Shown piece by piece: positions 1-10,924 of a DNA stretch of 32,000 nt. This DNA comes from Candidatus Saccharimonadota bacterium (GTDB lineage: Bacteria; Patescibacteriota; Gracilibacteria; BD1-5; UBA2023), in NCBI GenBank assembly GCA_963706795.1, contig OY970170.1, positions 720,001 to 752,000 on the forward strand. Direction: 5' to 3'. The notes under the pieces are model-generated. The model was not told the origin of the DNA. It saw nothing but the letters and a program-made list of their open reading frames with translations, and ran no database searches. A program made the translations under genes and the position numbers. Each line of letters starts with the position of its first letter. Position 1 is the stretch's first letter.

Positions 1-2
1 AG

Positions 3-995
3 ATACAAGCAGAGCAGAGTATCGAGGTATCGTTTACACATAAAAAAGATACCCTTGCAGGAACACTCCTGCTTCCAAAGGGGTCTGGTCCATTTCCTTT
101 GGTTATTTTTGTCCATGGAGATGGTCCACAGACGAGGGGTTTGGAGAATTACGCACTGATTATCAATGAATTGCTCCGATCCTGAATCGCCTGTTATTCT
201 TGGGATAAGGCAGGTACTGGTGCATCATCTGGAAATTGGCTGAACCAAACCATGAGTGATCGTGCTGATGAGGCTATCTCACTTTTGAAATCTATTACAA
301 AACGTCAGGATATCGACCCCAAATCTATTGGCTTCCTTGGCTTTTCACAGTGAGGTTGGGTAATACCCGAGATAGCAAATCGATCAGAAGTCCCCGCTTT
401 TTATATGACTGTCGGTGCTGCGGTGAATTGGAGAACTCAGGGTGAATATTTCACTCGTACTCGATTGGCCCGTGCGGGCATAGTCTGAGAGCAGGCAGAT
501 CGGGTGATTTTGTGGCAAAAAAATGCTCCTCAGCCGAGTCTCTCGCGAGCCTACTGAGACTACGTACGTGCGTTTGAATTGTATAAAACATCTATTTCCG
601 TACCAGAGGGTGCAAGTATTGAAGTTCTCTCAGAGGAGAGATACCATTTTATAGCGCTCAATATTGATTCGGATGCGACCCAGTGACTCTCTGCTATAAA
701 AAAACCACTCCTAGCCATCTGGGGAGAGGATGATCTCAATGTGGATGCAATAGAGAACGCTCATACATACCGTACCATACTCGAAAAGCAAACTACGAAG
801 TGAAGTATGGTACGAGTATTTGCTGGTGCAGATCATAAAATGCTCAGATCTGATGCATACGCAGCACAACTTCCGTCAGAGTGGACTATGCTCATGAGTG
901 TGCGATATTTCTTTGAAGCGGAGTCAGCATTTGTCCCAGGCTATCTTCAACTGCTTACTCATTGGATTAGAGAGATACCGCAATCTCCTAGGTAA
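3..995 (+). CDS. alpha/beta hydrolase (5' end off window)
   Basis: Frame 3 is open from the window edge once 6 in-frame TGAs (183, 351, 486, 555, 684, 801) are read as Gly. Peptide: ...PFPLVIFVHGDGPQ...IGFLGFSQ[TGA]GWVIPE...LAIWGEDD...GADHKM. It shows a G-x-S-x-G nucleophile elbow, then Asp and His in the usual order. Ends at TAA 993-995. Confidence 0.85.
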
Positions 996-1026
996 GAACC
1001 CTTTTTAATTACATTCATTTAAAAAC

Positions 1027-2073
1027 ATGGAAGCAAACAAACTGCAAAGCATCCTAGATGCTGTCGTTGATAATAGAAAAATATGGTGAACCTCATTTTC
1101 TATTTCTTACAAAGGAAAATCTTGGAGTGGAACAAGTGGTAATTTTTCTGAAAATGATCAATTCTTCACTGCGAGTACTACCAAATTGTATACCACAACA
1201 GTACTCCTGAATTTAGAATCTGAAAATAAGATCGATATCAGCGACCCCATTTCCAAATACCTCTCAAATGAGATTATACATGGACTACATATCTTGGATG
1301 GAATTGAATATTCGGGTGCTCTTACGATACAAAATCTTCTTGCACATACTTCAGGGTTGCCAGACTATTTTCAGCAAGTAATAGACAAAAAGGGGAGTCT
1401 GCTCGACCTGATCTCAAAAAATACAGATATATCTTGGACATTCGAACAAGCGATCGATTGGTCGAAAAAAATGAAACCAAAATTTATACCAAATAAAAAA
1501 GGATCCGCCCACTATTCGGATACCAATTTTCAACTGCTGGGAAAAATCATAGAAACAGTTACAGAAACAAGCCTAGAAGCAAATTATGAAAAATATATCT
1601 ATACGCCGTTGCAACTAAAGAACACGTATTTATATCGTGATTTTCTCGATCAGAAGCCGAAGAATATCTACTTTAAAGAACACGAACTAACGATTCCGAA
1701 GGCCATGGCATCATTCGGTCCAGATGGATGAATCGTGTCTACATCGCAAGAATTACTCAAATTTCTGATGGCTTTTTCAACTTGAAAACTATTCCCAAAA
1801 TGAAAACTCGCCACTCTTCAGGTATGGAATCCTGTATTTTTCCCTATTGAATCAGGAATTGGTATTCATAGATTCAAACTTCCATGGATTTTGAATCTAT
1901 TTTGAAAAATCCCTACCCTCATAGGGCACTCAGGATTATCGTGAACCTTTGCATATGGAAATACTGATATGGATCTCTATATTGCAGGAACCGTAAATCA
2001 GATATCATCCCCAGAAACTTCCTTTAAGGTTGCTATTGCGCTTATACAGCATCTCTTGAGTAGTAAGAAATAA
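1027..2073 (+). CDS. serine hydrolase, beta-lactamase family (class C-like / PBP4*-like)
   Basis: ATG 1027 to TAA 2071, with 6 in-frame TGAs. Motifs: S-x-x-K (FTASTTKLYTT), Y-x-N (HYSDTNFQLLG), GPDG[TGA]IVST and GHSGLS[TGA]TFAY (the H-x-G equivalent of KTG). Confidence 0.85.
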
Positions 2074-2184
2074 TGCTCATAAAAAGCACATCTCCATAGT
2101 CCCCATTTTGCTCATCCTCAATTGCATCCTCTTGTTCTCTCTGTATACTTTTCTCGTCTGATATTTCCATGTTAATAGTCCAGT

Positions 2185-2535
2185 ATGATCTATTCCAGCG
2201 ACACAAAAATCCAGCAATTTCTTGAGAATGCTTTGCTGAGTAACTACGAATTATTCAGTATTGCTCAGCATCTCAGAGACGCCGTTCGTACTGTGTATCC
2301 GAATGTGCAAGAACGAATGATGTACGGCGGCATCATGTTCTCGCTTGAGAAGGATTTTGGTGGGATTTTTATAAACAAGAGCCATGTCTCTTTCGAATTT
2401 GGAAATGGAATCGCGATGAGCGATCCTCACCTTTTCTTGGAAGGAGAAGGGAAATCTCGTCGACATTTGAAGTTGCGTTCTCTGGAAGATATCACTCAAA
2501 AACAGGCTGATTTTTATATCAGACAGGCTGTGTAA
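2185..2535 (+). CDS. DUF1801-like (YdhG-like) small protein
   Basis: Intact 116-aa ORF ending in TAA and followed by a terminator. The pattern MYGGIMF...FGGIF.NKSHVSFEFGNG resembles DUF1801. This is recalled, not searched. Confidence 0.55.
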   Translation: MIYSSDTKIQQFLENALLSNYELFSIAQHLRDAVRTVYPNVQERMMYGGIMFSLEKDFGGIFINKSHVSFEFGNGIAMSDPHLFLEGEGKSRRHLKLRSLEDITQKQADFYIRQAV

Positions 2536-2550
2536 AATCTATCAATTGAA

Positions 2551-2576
2551 AGCTGGGAATTCTCAGCTTTTTTTCT
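2551..2576 (+). terminator. rho-independent terminator
   Basis: agctggga/tctcagct stem (one G-U pair) followed by a T7 run, 16 nt after the stop at 2535. Confidence 0.75.
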
Positions 2577-2635
2577 GTCGTTCAATCCTATTTCTCATAT
2601 ACTTTATACACACAATATTTCCAATCTTCAAACTC

Positions 2636-2989
2636 ATGACTCATCACACTGGAAGCTGTCACTGCGGAGCAGTTCGCTATTCTGTAGATCTTGATCTCAC
2701 TCAAACGGTATACGAATGTAACTGTTCACACTGCCAACGAAAGGGGTTCCTCCTTTCGTTTGTTCCAGCTGCTCAATTTACCCTCGAAAGTGGAGCGGAT
2801 GCGCTTACAGAATATCGATTTAATAAACATGTGATCGCGCATACATTCTGCAAGACATGCGGTGTTCAGTGTTTTTCAAAAAGCAAAAATGCTGACGAAT
2901 CAGAAACATACGCAGTCAATGTTCGAACGATCGAAGATATCGATCTTGTTCCGCTTACTCGAGGTATGTACGATGGAAAGTCTTATTAA
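2636..2989 (+). CDS. GFA family protein (glutathione-dependent formaldehyde-activating / CENP-V-like Zn-binding fold)
   Basis: MTHHTGSCHCGAVRY...CNCSHCQRKG...HTFCKTCG is the characteristic GFA Cys pattern. I chose ATG 2636, because the TTG 2546 start in the ORF track overlaps the upstream terminator. Confidence 0.85.
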   Translation: MTHHTGSCHCGAVRYSVDLDLTQTVYECNCSHCQRKGFLLSFVPAAQFTLESGADALTEYRFNKHVIAHTFCKTCGVQCFSKSKNADESETYAVNVRTIEDIDLVPLTRGMYDGKSY

Positions 2990-3023
2990 TCTACCTACAA
3001 TTAGAATAATTCTGCCACCAAAA

Positions 3024-3048
3024 GTCCCTCTGAAATAGAGGGGCTTTT
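3024..3048 (+). terminator. rho-independent terminator
   Basis: gtccctc-tgaaata-gaggggc hairpin followed by TTTT. Confidence 0.7.
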
Positions 3049-3206
3049 GAAACAATTCCTGAAACCAATTGAGTCTAAAATAGACGATGAATTCTGATAT
3101 CTGGACGCAGATCAAATCACGTGGTCAGGATATCATTATCATCCAGTTGAATATAGTAAAACACAGGAGGTATAAATTCGTTTTTCTCCAATACATCGGC
3201 GCTTTT

Positions 3207-3236
3207 AGGCTATAAATTGCAATTTATAGCCTTTTT
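3207..3236 (+). terminator. terminator-like perfect hairpin with no obvious upstream gene
   Basis: aggctataaatt-gc-aatttatagcct is a 12-bp perfect palindrome followed by TTTTT. It lies just upstream of the next CDS. It could be a second terminator or a 5' regulatory hairpin. Confidence 0.45.
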
Positions 3237-3276
3237 ATGTAGCATGACAATGTTGCTTATTTTTTACCATAAAAAT

Positions 3277-4029
3277 ATGGTTGCTAACATTGGAAAAAAG
3301 GCTTTCGTGAGCTTAACAGATGCCGAGAGACAAGAATTTGCTCAATCAGAAGGACCACTCTTTGAACAGGCTCTAGCAATGGCGGATAATACAAAAAAGA
3401 ATGTTGCAGCCCTTATTGAATTAAGAGCAGATGCTAAATCTACAAAGACTCACTCAGATATTCTGGAATGATCTTTAGAGGATGAAACTTTTCGAATTGA
3501 TTCGACTGATTGGAGCACGGTAGAACTCGAAGATACCGAAGGGAATCTACTAAAAACTAAAGTAAATGCCGAGGGTGATATATGGGAGTTAGAAAACGGT
3601 GAACAGCTATTCACACAAGTTGCCATGATCCGCGAGACCAGAAAAGCAGGAAGAGAAGAGGATATATTGTCGCTGGATCAGGCAAGGGCAATCATTGCGA
3701 CTCCGGATATTGTTCCACATGAGTCTCACTATGTAGGCTATTTCGACGATACAGATGGAAAAATTCATAGAAGAAGAGATGTGCCAATTTTGTTGCCGAA
3801 CGAAGAAGAATCGCATGTGCTATCATTTCAGCCTGATTGCGCACATTACTGGATCAGAGAATCTACCGCATCAGGTATTCATTTATTTAAATCGATTAAG
3901 GTCGACGATATACGTAGTCTCGACGTAAACAGTTCAGCATATGCATATGCACGTGATCAAAGAGCGTATTCATCCGTACATGGAATAATGTCTGGTCTGC
4001 AGGTTCGTTTGGTAAAAAAAGAGGTCTAA
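3277..4029 (+). CDS. hypothetical protein
   Basis: ORF fragments 3217-3471 and 3625-4029 share a frame and join through TGA 3469 with no TAA/TAG between them. The start is uncertain (ATG 3277 preferred, ATG 3244 possible). No recognisable domain. Confidence 0.6.
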
Positions 4030-4071
4030 TACTTCACAATATGCGATCAATCTAAATAAGGACAATCGCCT

Positions 4072-4104
4072 GAGATCTGGAATATATATTCCAGATCTCT
4101 TTTA
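4072..4104 (+). terminator. rho-independent terminator
   Basis: gagatctgg-aatatatatt-ccagatctc hairpin followed by TTTT. Confidence 0.8.
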
Positions 4105-4203
4105 ATTCATAGATTTATTATGCGAATAGTATTTTCACATTTTTTTATACAATATCTTTAACCAGAGTTTATTTTTTTCCAAAGACTCATAAATCACAGA
4201 ACC

Positions 4204-5208
4204 ATGAAAATCACACACCTCTTTTTCATCTTGCTCCTTTCACTCTCATTTGCTGGGTGCTCCACTCAAAATAATGAGCCAATAAAGTCCCCAGTTACAC
4301 CCACACAAACAGCAAGCGGTCTTACTCAGACACAAGTTTCTACTGGCTCGATTGCCACTGCTTCTTGAGCAAATACTCCAAAGCTCATCTCTCTCAAAGA
4401 CCTTGGTGATCTCTCTTTCAATGCGAAGCTTGCGAATATCGAAACCGACGGCATTCGTGGATCTATCTCAAATCCAGAATCAGTACAAAAATTCCTCACA
4501 ACTTCGTCTGGAGCCACCTTTATTGGTCGTGTAAGCGATTGGAAACGCGCTCTCAGTCTTCCATGTAGCGCATCGGGAAGTTCTGAAATTGAGATCTATC
4601 ATCCTAATTCGTTCACGCCAAAACTTACTTCCGCTGAATATTGTTTTTCGGGATCGGCTAGTGAAAATTCTGTGCTTGTGGATGGTGTTCTCACTCTACT
4701 TAAAGACGGCACAAATGATTCCCAGTTCGCTCTCGGCGCATTCGATCCATCCAGACTAAAATCAAATAAGACTACCTATCTATCAAATCCAAAAACTCCA
4801 CTCGAGCGCATAGTAGCATCACAAATCTCTGCTACTGATTCTGTTAAACGATTTGTTGCAGCTCGTCCCTATGGCAAGAGTATTCTTGTGACGTATACAA
4901 GTTCTCAAGAGCCAGGAATTCCGAGTTATAGCATTACAAAAATCTCCCAAGATGGAGATTCGCTCTATGCAAAATCTGACAGCACAATTTTCGATCTCAA
5001 GAGCCTTAATGTGGTCTACGGAGTAAGTTTTTATTACTGACTCACTCAGGATTCCTACTACATCCAAACAGGAGAACCTTCGCCAAAACAACAAAGATTT
5101 GAAGCTGAAGAAATTCGTCTATTGAATGGTGATTGACTCAAAAATCCTTCGATTGTAAATAAAAAGATTGAAGAAAAAATGATCGAGGAATTATTTGGAT
5201 GGAAGTAA
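4204..5208 (+). CDS. putative lipoprotein
   Basis: MKITHLFFILLLSLSFAGC gives a signal peptide plus lipobox Cys. The frame stays open from ATG 4204 to TAA 5206 through 3 TGAs, joining track ORF 4672-5040 to its flanks. Confidence 0.7.
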
Positions 5209-5225
5209 GAGTTATGCATTTAACA

Positions 5226-5256
5226 AAATAAGCAGACTACGTAGTCTGCTTATTTT
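5226..5256. terminator. bidirectional terminator between convergent genes
   Basis: aaaataagcagac-tacgta-gtctgcttatttt, with A/T runs on both sides. Confidence 0.8.
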
Positions 5257-5280
5257 GTTGTCATAATTTTCTTTGTTTAT

Positions 5281-5949
5281 CTATTCATTCAAATTTCCCG
5301 AAGTAAAAAATACTCCTGCGCCATACGATGCCTCACCAATGGTGATTTCTTTGGTATCAACATTGAGAGCGATGTTGTAGGTTGAGATGGTGAGTGGTCC
5401 TTCGCGATATGGGATATCAAATCTGTACGAAAATCGCAGTATGCGATCAAAGAATGAATAATCGCTTCCTGTCACGCCACTGCTATTCCCAAGGTCGGCA
5501 ATGTAGAGTCCGTTTTTCTTTTGATCTGGAAGCATCTTGAGGATCTTTTCCATCGAACCCGTTCAGACAAGCTCCTCATTTTTGTTGCCTACACAGTCAT
5601 ACGAATGAAATGTATACAGGTATCATTTTGCATGAGGCAGATTAAAATCAGGATCATCATAGATACTGCCTCGAGTATTTTGAAAATAGTAGAGATTATT
5701 ATTCTCTCGCACTAAAGTGCTCAAATCCTGCTGTAAATCGTAGGGATGGGTTCTCACTTCCTGCGAGTCACATGCCTTTTGAAGCTTGCATGCGAGATCA
5801 GTTGCCCCGCAAACTCATTGATTTTGCGCCTGACTTTGAATAGTTGGAGCGGTATTTGTTGCTATTTGTCTGCTCGTGATTTCTGCTTTGGCACATCCAG
5901 AAAACGTGAGCGCAATTCCGACGTATCCAAAAACAACGTATTTGTTCAT
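5281..5949 (-). CDS. putative lipoprotein
   Basis: Minus strand: MNKYVVFGYVGIALTFSGC (lipobox) from ATG at 5949. Three TGAs are read through to join track ORF 5281-5553. Stop is TAG (cta at 5281-5283). Confidence 0.7.
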
Positions 5950-6011
5950 ACGAACTGAGTAGGTAATCTGCAAAGCAGAGTAGTTTTTTATGAACTAATT
6001 ACAAATTTCCC

Positions 6012-6539
6012 ATGCATCGCTACGTCGCATTCCTCCGAGGAATCAATGTCGGTGGGAAGAATATTATCAAAATGGAAGTCCTCGCTCGTGCATTTGAGCG
6101 CGCAGGATTTTTGCAAGTAAAGACCTATATCCAAAGCGGAAATGTGCTTTTTTCGAGTGAAGAATCAGATATTCACACTCTCGAGAAACAACTCGAAGCA
6201 ATGATGCTCACCGAATTTAATTGTCAGACTCGTATTTTGGTCCGTTCCAAAGAGCAAATGTCGACTGTTGTTGCTGGCTTTCCAGAGGTTTTTTCAAATG
6301 CTAAGTGGAAGCATAATGTCATCTTCCTGACTCCTGAGATCGATAGGGCGACCATCATAGAGGAGCTTCGTCACAAACAAGATATCGAGTTGCTTGTCTA
6401 TCTCCCATGAGTGCTCTTTTGGTCGGCAGATTCTGTCCATATCACCAAATCCGCTATGGTAAAGCTCTCCACACGCCCAGAATATAAATGTATGTCCGCC
6501 CGTAATATCAATACGATACGGAAGATTTTAGAGGGATAG
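6012..6539 (+). CDS. DUF1697 family protein
   Basis: MHRYVAFLRGINVGGKNIIKM...YIQSGNVLF is the canonical DUF1697 N-terminus. Extended through TGA 6408 to TAG 6537. Confidence 0.85.
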
Positions 6540-6660
6540 GTGGGACATAGTTTCTTCCTGAAAAAATGTTGTAACTATATATTTGGGAATGAGTAAGTCA
6601 ATCATGCAAAAGCTTACAGCTTCACTCTTTCCTCACCATTTCCCCCTTGCATTCTTCATC

Positions 6661-6685
6661 ACATCTGACTATATATAACAGATGT
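6661..6685. promoter_or_regulatory. candidate MarR operator (perfect inverted repeat)
   Basis: ACATCTG-N11-CAGATGT lies 22 nt upstream of the marR-family start and just upstream of a TATAAT hexamer at 6692-6697. Confidence 0.4.
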
Positions 6686-6706
6686 TAATTATATAATCTC
6701 ACTACT

Positions 6707-7153
6707 ATGTCATTCGATATTGTATGTCAGATCATGGAGGCCTCTGATTCACTGCGTGCTCTGGGGGATACGCTTGGGGCGAAGATGAATATTGGAACGA
6801 ACGAATATGCCGTCCTCGACGTCCTCATTGAGTCGCCACTTCAGGAGGTTTCACTCCAGGATATTCGGAAGGTTCTGACCCTTCCAGCGCCGTCGCTCAG
6901 TCGTATTATTACGAGATTGGCGCAAAAATGATATATCCAGCGCAAGATTTCTGAGCAGGATTCTCGGATGATGTTTATCTCATTGACCGAGGAAGGGGCG
7001 AGTGCTTTTGGTTCAACAAAACACGTATATAGTAAGTCGCTAGAATCCCTTTTTAAAGATATGTCTCCAGTGTCATCCGAGCTCTTGAGTAAGGAGCTTC
7101 TCGAGCTCCAAAAACGAATCGCACGCCGAATGGAGCACAAGTGAACGATTTAA
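6707..7153 (+). CDS. MarR family transcriptional regulator
   Basis: Winged-helix pattern: ...LQDIRKVLTLPAPSLSRIITRLAQK[TGA]YIQRKISEQDSRMMFISLTEEG.... Two TGAs are read through and the true stop is TAA 7151. Confidence 0.7.
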
Positions 7154-7155
7154 AA

Positions 7156-7182
7156 AAATGATCCCGCAGTGCGGGATCATTT
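7156..7182. terminator. bidirectional terminator
   Basis: aaatgatcccgc-agt-gcgggatcattt, a 12-bp stem flanked by an A run and a T run. Confidence 0.8.
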
Positions 7183-7185
7183 ATG

Positions 7186-7590
7186 TTAGCAAGGATGCCG
7201 TTCCGAATCCCGAAAATGGGATCGAAATATCCGAAGCTCACAAGTGGTTTCGTATATAAAAACTGCGTTTATTTGTTGGTCTTCCCCCAGATCAATAGTG
7301 AGAATTTTATTTGTATCTTGGAAGACGATGAACACTTTGTAGACGTTGGTATCATCCATGTCTGCATTTGTTTCGAGCATCATCTTTATTGGTTTGTAGA
7401 CCGTGAGCTCGTGCACTTCACTCATATCGATTGGGGCGTTGGTTGTATAGAAAGCCAAGGCTTTCGTTATATGAGCAGCTTCCGTCTCTTCGATATGTGT
7501 TCCATTGCCAACAATAATGCAACCGCCATCAGCAGGATCATAATCAACCAGTGTGACAAATTCTATATCTGGTACTTCCTTTTGGTTCAT
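7186..7590 (-). CDS. hypothetical protein
   Basis: 134-aa ORF with an AAGGAG Shine-Dalgarno 7 nt upstream of the ATG. It ends in TAA and is followed by a terminator. Acidic, no recognised domain. Confidence 0.6.
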   Translation of the reverse strand: MNQKEVPDIEFVTLVDYDPADGGCIIVGNGTHIEETEAAHITKALAFYTTNAPIDMSEVHELTVYKPIKMMLETNADMDDTNVYKVFIVFQDTNKILTIDLGEDQQINAVFIYETTCELRIFRSHFRDSERHPC

Positions 7591-7783
7591 AGCATGCTCC
7601 TTGTGTGATGTTGTGAACTTCTTGTATTATTGCTTCGATGGCATAATAGTCAAGCAGGCAGAAGAGACTGAGACATAAAATATATCCTCCCTTCTTTAAT
7701 CCATCTATAAATCCCGCCCCTCAGCACATAAAAAACTTTTTATTCTCTCGTCATAAAGTAGAATAGCCCGCAAAAATCTACCT

Positions 7784-10003
7784 ATGAGAAAAACCGCCCT
7801 GTTTGTATTGTTTTTTGGATTCTGTTCGAGTGCGTTTGCGCTCGATTTTCAGACCTTCCGAGATCCAAAAATCCAAAGTTCATACGATCAACTTCGTACC
7901 AAACTTGAGACACGCTATCAAAATGCCTATCCGCTCTCAGACGCGCAACTCAAAAATATTGCGAACTCTGAAGCGACCATCATCACCGCTTATCGTAAAC
8001 TCGAGTGAGCAAAAAATCCTCGTGCACGCGTCCAGGCAAATACCGGCCTCCGCACCCAAACGAAGGCGCTTGATCGCATCCTTGCTGATATCGAAAAAGC
8101 ACGAAAAGGTTCGGTTCTCACTAACTCCAATCCGAGTCCGTTTCCGATTCCAACAACTGGAACAGTTCCGTCGTACGATCCTAATGCACCAGCTTCGACG
8201 GTCTATATACCAAGTAGTTCAGACAACTCCAATACTCCGGTAGTTCCTGCAACTTCCGCTCCACCGATTCCGGCATCTAATGATGCACCGCAAACTCCAT
8301 CAGTCGATACTTCTCTTGCAGCAAGTCTGCTCTACTACGCGGATAGTTTTGAAGGCGGTGGAACAGCAGGTGGAGATAAATTCCGTCAGGGATGATTTTC
8401 GGCAGCGAGGTGTGATGTGACAATTAACTCATTTTTGCAGGTCCGTTATGGCGGTAAGTCCGTCATCGTAAAGGCAAACGACCGACCAAATTGCGCGAAG
8501 CATCCAGATATCGTTGATCTCACAACGACGGCATTTCGCACGCTCGCACCACTCTCGAGTGGCAAATTAGCGGGTTCGTTTATTGCACTCGACAAGACTC
8601 CAAAAGGACTCGTTAAAGAGTTTATACCCACTGATTTCTTTGCGAATTATTCTATCAAACTCGATGCGAATATCCCCAATATTTATCTGCCTAATGAGAC
8701 ACTCAAGCTCTCAGGGAAGACCACTGGATCCGAAAATGAAACCCTCGTCTATCTCCAAATGCCTTCTGGTAAGACGCTCACACTTGGGCAGGATAATCTC
8801 AGCGGCAATCGTTTTGAGTATTACTTCCCACTTACCGAAATCGGTACTTATCAGTTTGTAGTAGCTTCTGGACGAAGTTTTGCAGGCGCGCGATCGCTTA
8901 TGTTTACAGTGCTTGATCCTAAGGTGCTTGCAAAAAAATACTACGAAGGAAATGTTGCTGCAGTAAATGGTATCACGGTTTCGGGGCGACGCGTGGAGAC
9001 AGGTGATCTCACTCCGACAAATCTTGTCTCTGTTAATTGACTTCCAGACAATACACTCCGGTCTGTTAAGATTACGACAGCGAATGGTTCTGTCAGTCGT
9101 ACGAGCATGTCAGATGTAGCCTTTAGTCCTCGTGAACTCAGTATATTTGAAGACGGATCCCGCGCCCGAGTTGATGTAACTGCGCGATCGAGTTCCACTC
9201 CGTATTCGATTGATACCTACACAAATTCGACTCCTGTCTTCTCAGATGAATACGTCTTGGCTCCTGCATACACTGTTGAGAGCAGCGAAAATATCGCTGT
9301 TCAGGCTCAAAATGGCGTCCTCACGGTCAAAATCGGCAATGGGGTTACTAAGGCAATCCGCAACAAAGTCTATGTTATGACGCCAAGTGGCGGGGTAGAA
9401 GAAGTTTCATTTGATGCTGCGTTTACAGGTCCAAATGGTGCTCTCGCAAACACGAATGGTGCCAAGCTCACTCATAAACTCACGGAGGATGGAGTCTATC
9501 TCGTAGAAGTCCTCTATGACACCGGCTTTGCTGCCTATCTCGGACCAGTTATGAATGGAAAAGTCCTCCCAATCCTCCCAAATGTCTATGATCTTGCCTC
9601 CAAAGATGTCAGCACGGATGTGGCAAGTGCTCAATCGGATATGCTTGCCTCGATCAATGCGATCCGCAAAAAACGTGGCCTGAGTCCAGTTGCACTCGAT
9701 GCTAATCTCAATCGACTCGCTAATTTTAAGGCGCAGGATATGGCCGACAATAACTATGTTGGACATGTGGATTCGCAGGGTGGATATATCGTAGATACTG
9801 CAAAGCGCGCAGGCGTTGAACTCCAATGATCGATTGGCGAAAATGTCGCCGGTGGAACGGTTGGTGCGATGTACCTTCAATCAGGACTTCTCCTCTCAGG
9901 TGCACACAGATCAAATATGCTCGGCACTCGCTGGACTAAAGTCGGCATTAGCATCGTTGTCAAAGGTGACAAGACCTCAGTTGTTCAGGTATTTGCACCA
10001 TAA
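7784..10003 (+). CDS. secreted protein with RlpA-like double-psi beta-barrel domain and C-terminal CAP/SCP (YkwD-like) domain
   Basis: Signal peptide MRKTALFVLFFGFCSSAFA. Track ORFs 7784-8008, 8417-9040 and 9107-9829 share one frame and join through TGAs at 8006, 8393, 9038 and 9827. DPBB-like: YYADSFEGGGTAGGDKFRQG[TGA]FSAA...VIVKANDRPNC...IVDLTTTAF. CAP-like: INAIRKKRGLSPV...NYVGHVDSQGG...GENVAGG...GAHRSNML. Stop is TAA 10001. Confidence 0.75.
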
Positions 10004-10029
10004 TTTAGAAAATTCAGACAAAAGAAAAA

Positions 10030-10051
10030 CGCCGAACTAGTCGGCGCTTTT
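10030..10051 (+). terminator. rho-independent terminator
   Basis: cgccga-actag-tcggcg hairpin followed by cTTTT. Confidence 0.6.
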
Positions 10052-10094
10052 AAAACATCCCTCCTTTTTAAAGGATGTCTCAGGATTTTGTGTG

Positions 10095-10592
10095 TTAAAA
10101 CGTGACGTATCGCTCGTCCGCTAACATTGCTTTGTTTACTTCTGTGTACTTAATTTCTTTAGGAATCGCCGATACCTTGATATTCATATCAAAGTAATCA
10201 ATGGCGATATATTCATCTTCCCTGATATAGCGGAAGAAGCTGCCGATGAATTCTTTTTTCCAGCCGATGTCTTCGCTTTCGAGAAGGGCACCAGTGTGAA
10301 TCAAGATTCCGATGCATTCAAAGCTCGACTTCAAGAGCTTGACTGCATCGTTGAGGGAAAGTGTACGGCCATATGCTTGCATGTATATGGCCATGACGTT
10401 CTTCTCTTCATTACTTCTTTTGGTGCGTGGTTCATCCGAATATGTAAAACAATCCGGATAATCCTGCACTGTCGTGAAGTATTCAGCGAACATCCGACGT
10501 GCCAGTTTGCTTTCAGACGGTAAGTCTTCAGGTATGATGCCTAATTTCCTGAGCTTATCGAGTCCTTCTACTATTGTATAAGACTTTAGCAT
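10095..10592 (-). CDS. hypothetical protein
   Basis: 165-aa intact ORF with an AAGGAG Shine-Dalgarno upstream of ATG 10592 and a TAA stop. No recognised domain. Confidence 0.65.
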   Translation of the reverse strand: MLKSYTIVEGLDKLRKLGIIPEDLPSESKLARRMFAEYFTTVQDYPDCFTYSDEPRTKRSNEEKNVMAIYMQAYGRTLSLNDAVKLLKSSFECIGILIHTGALLESEDIGWKKEFIGSFFRYIREDEYIAIDYFDMNIKVSAIPKEIKYTEVNKAMLADERYVTF

Positions 10593-10924
10593 GATTACTC
10601 CTTTGGTGTGCTGTTGGTATTGGTATTGAATTAAAAACCCCCCGATGACTCGAGGGATTTTTAACGTATCTTGACTTTATACGCGACTAAATCCCTCGTG
10701 TTTGACGAAGTAGATTAATCGCGAGAACGTTTTGTCTGAAAGACATAAATGTTGTTGATACGAAAGTCTTAAGGAGAGTAATGTTGGCACCAGGAATGTC
10801 AATTTTTATTTGTGACAAAAATTCACTTTTTACTCACCAAAACTTCACTTCATCTTCACCTCGCCTTCCTTGACCTTGGTAATAAGTCTCATAGGATGAG
10901 CAAGATTTAACCCCTGCTTAATAC

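Noticed and set aside
2900-3115. 71-aa minus-strand ORF, and a 42-aa plus-strand ORF (3087-3215) in the gap after the GFA gene.
   Set aside because: The minus-strand ORF starts at TTG and overlaps both the GFA 3' end and its terminator. The plus-strand mini-ORF has no RBS and ends inside a hairpin. Neither has supporting signal.
7183-7608. 141-aa plus-strand ORF overlapping the 7186-7590 minus-strand gene.
   Set aside because: Its start sits inside the terminator hairpin and it has no Shine-Dalgarno. Its composition is Cys/Phe/His-rich and junk-like. The minus-strand ORF has AAGGAG + ATG, and a terminator follows its stop.
7803-8243. 146-aa plus-strand ORF in frame 0.
   Set aside because: It is off-frame relative to the signal-peptide-bearing frame-2 gene that continues through TGA 8006. 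Its Arg-rich, low-complexity sequence is a shadow of the Pro/Ser-rich linker.
10633-10662. aaaaaccccccgatgactcgagggattttt as a terminator for the 10095-10592 gene.
   Set aside because: It lies upstream (5') of that minus-strand gene rather than after it. Its stem is only about 3-4 bp. The 10-bp cgagggattt/aaatccctcg pairing is the more convincing structure.
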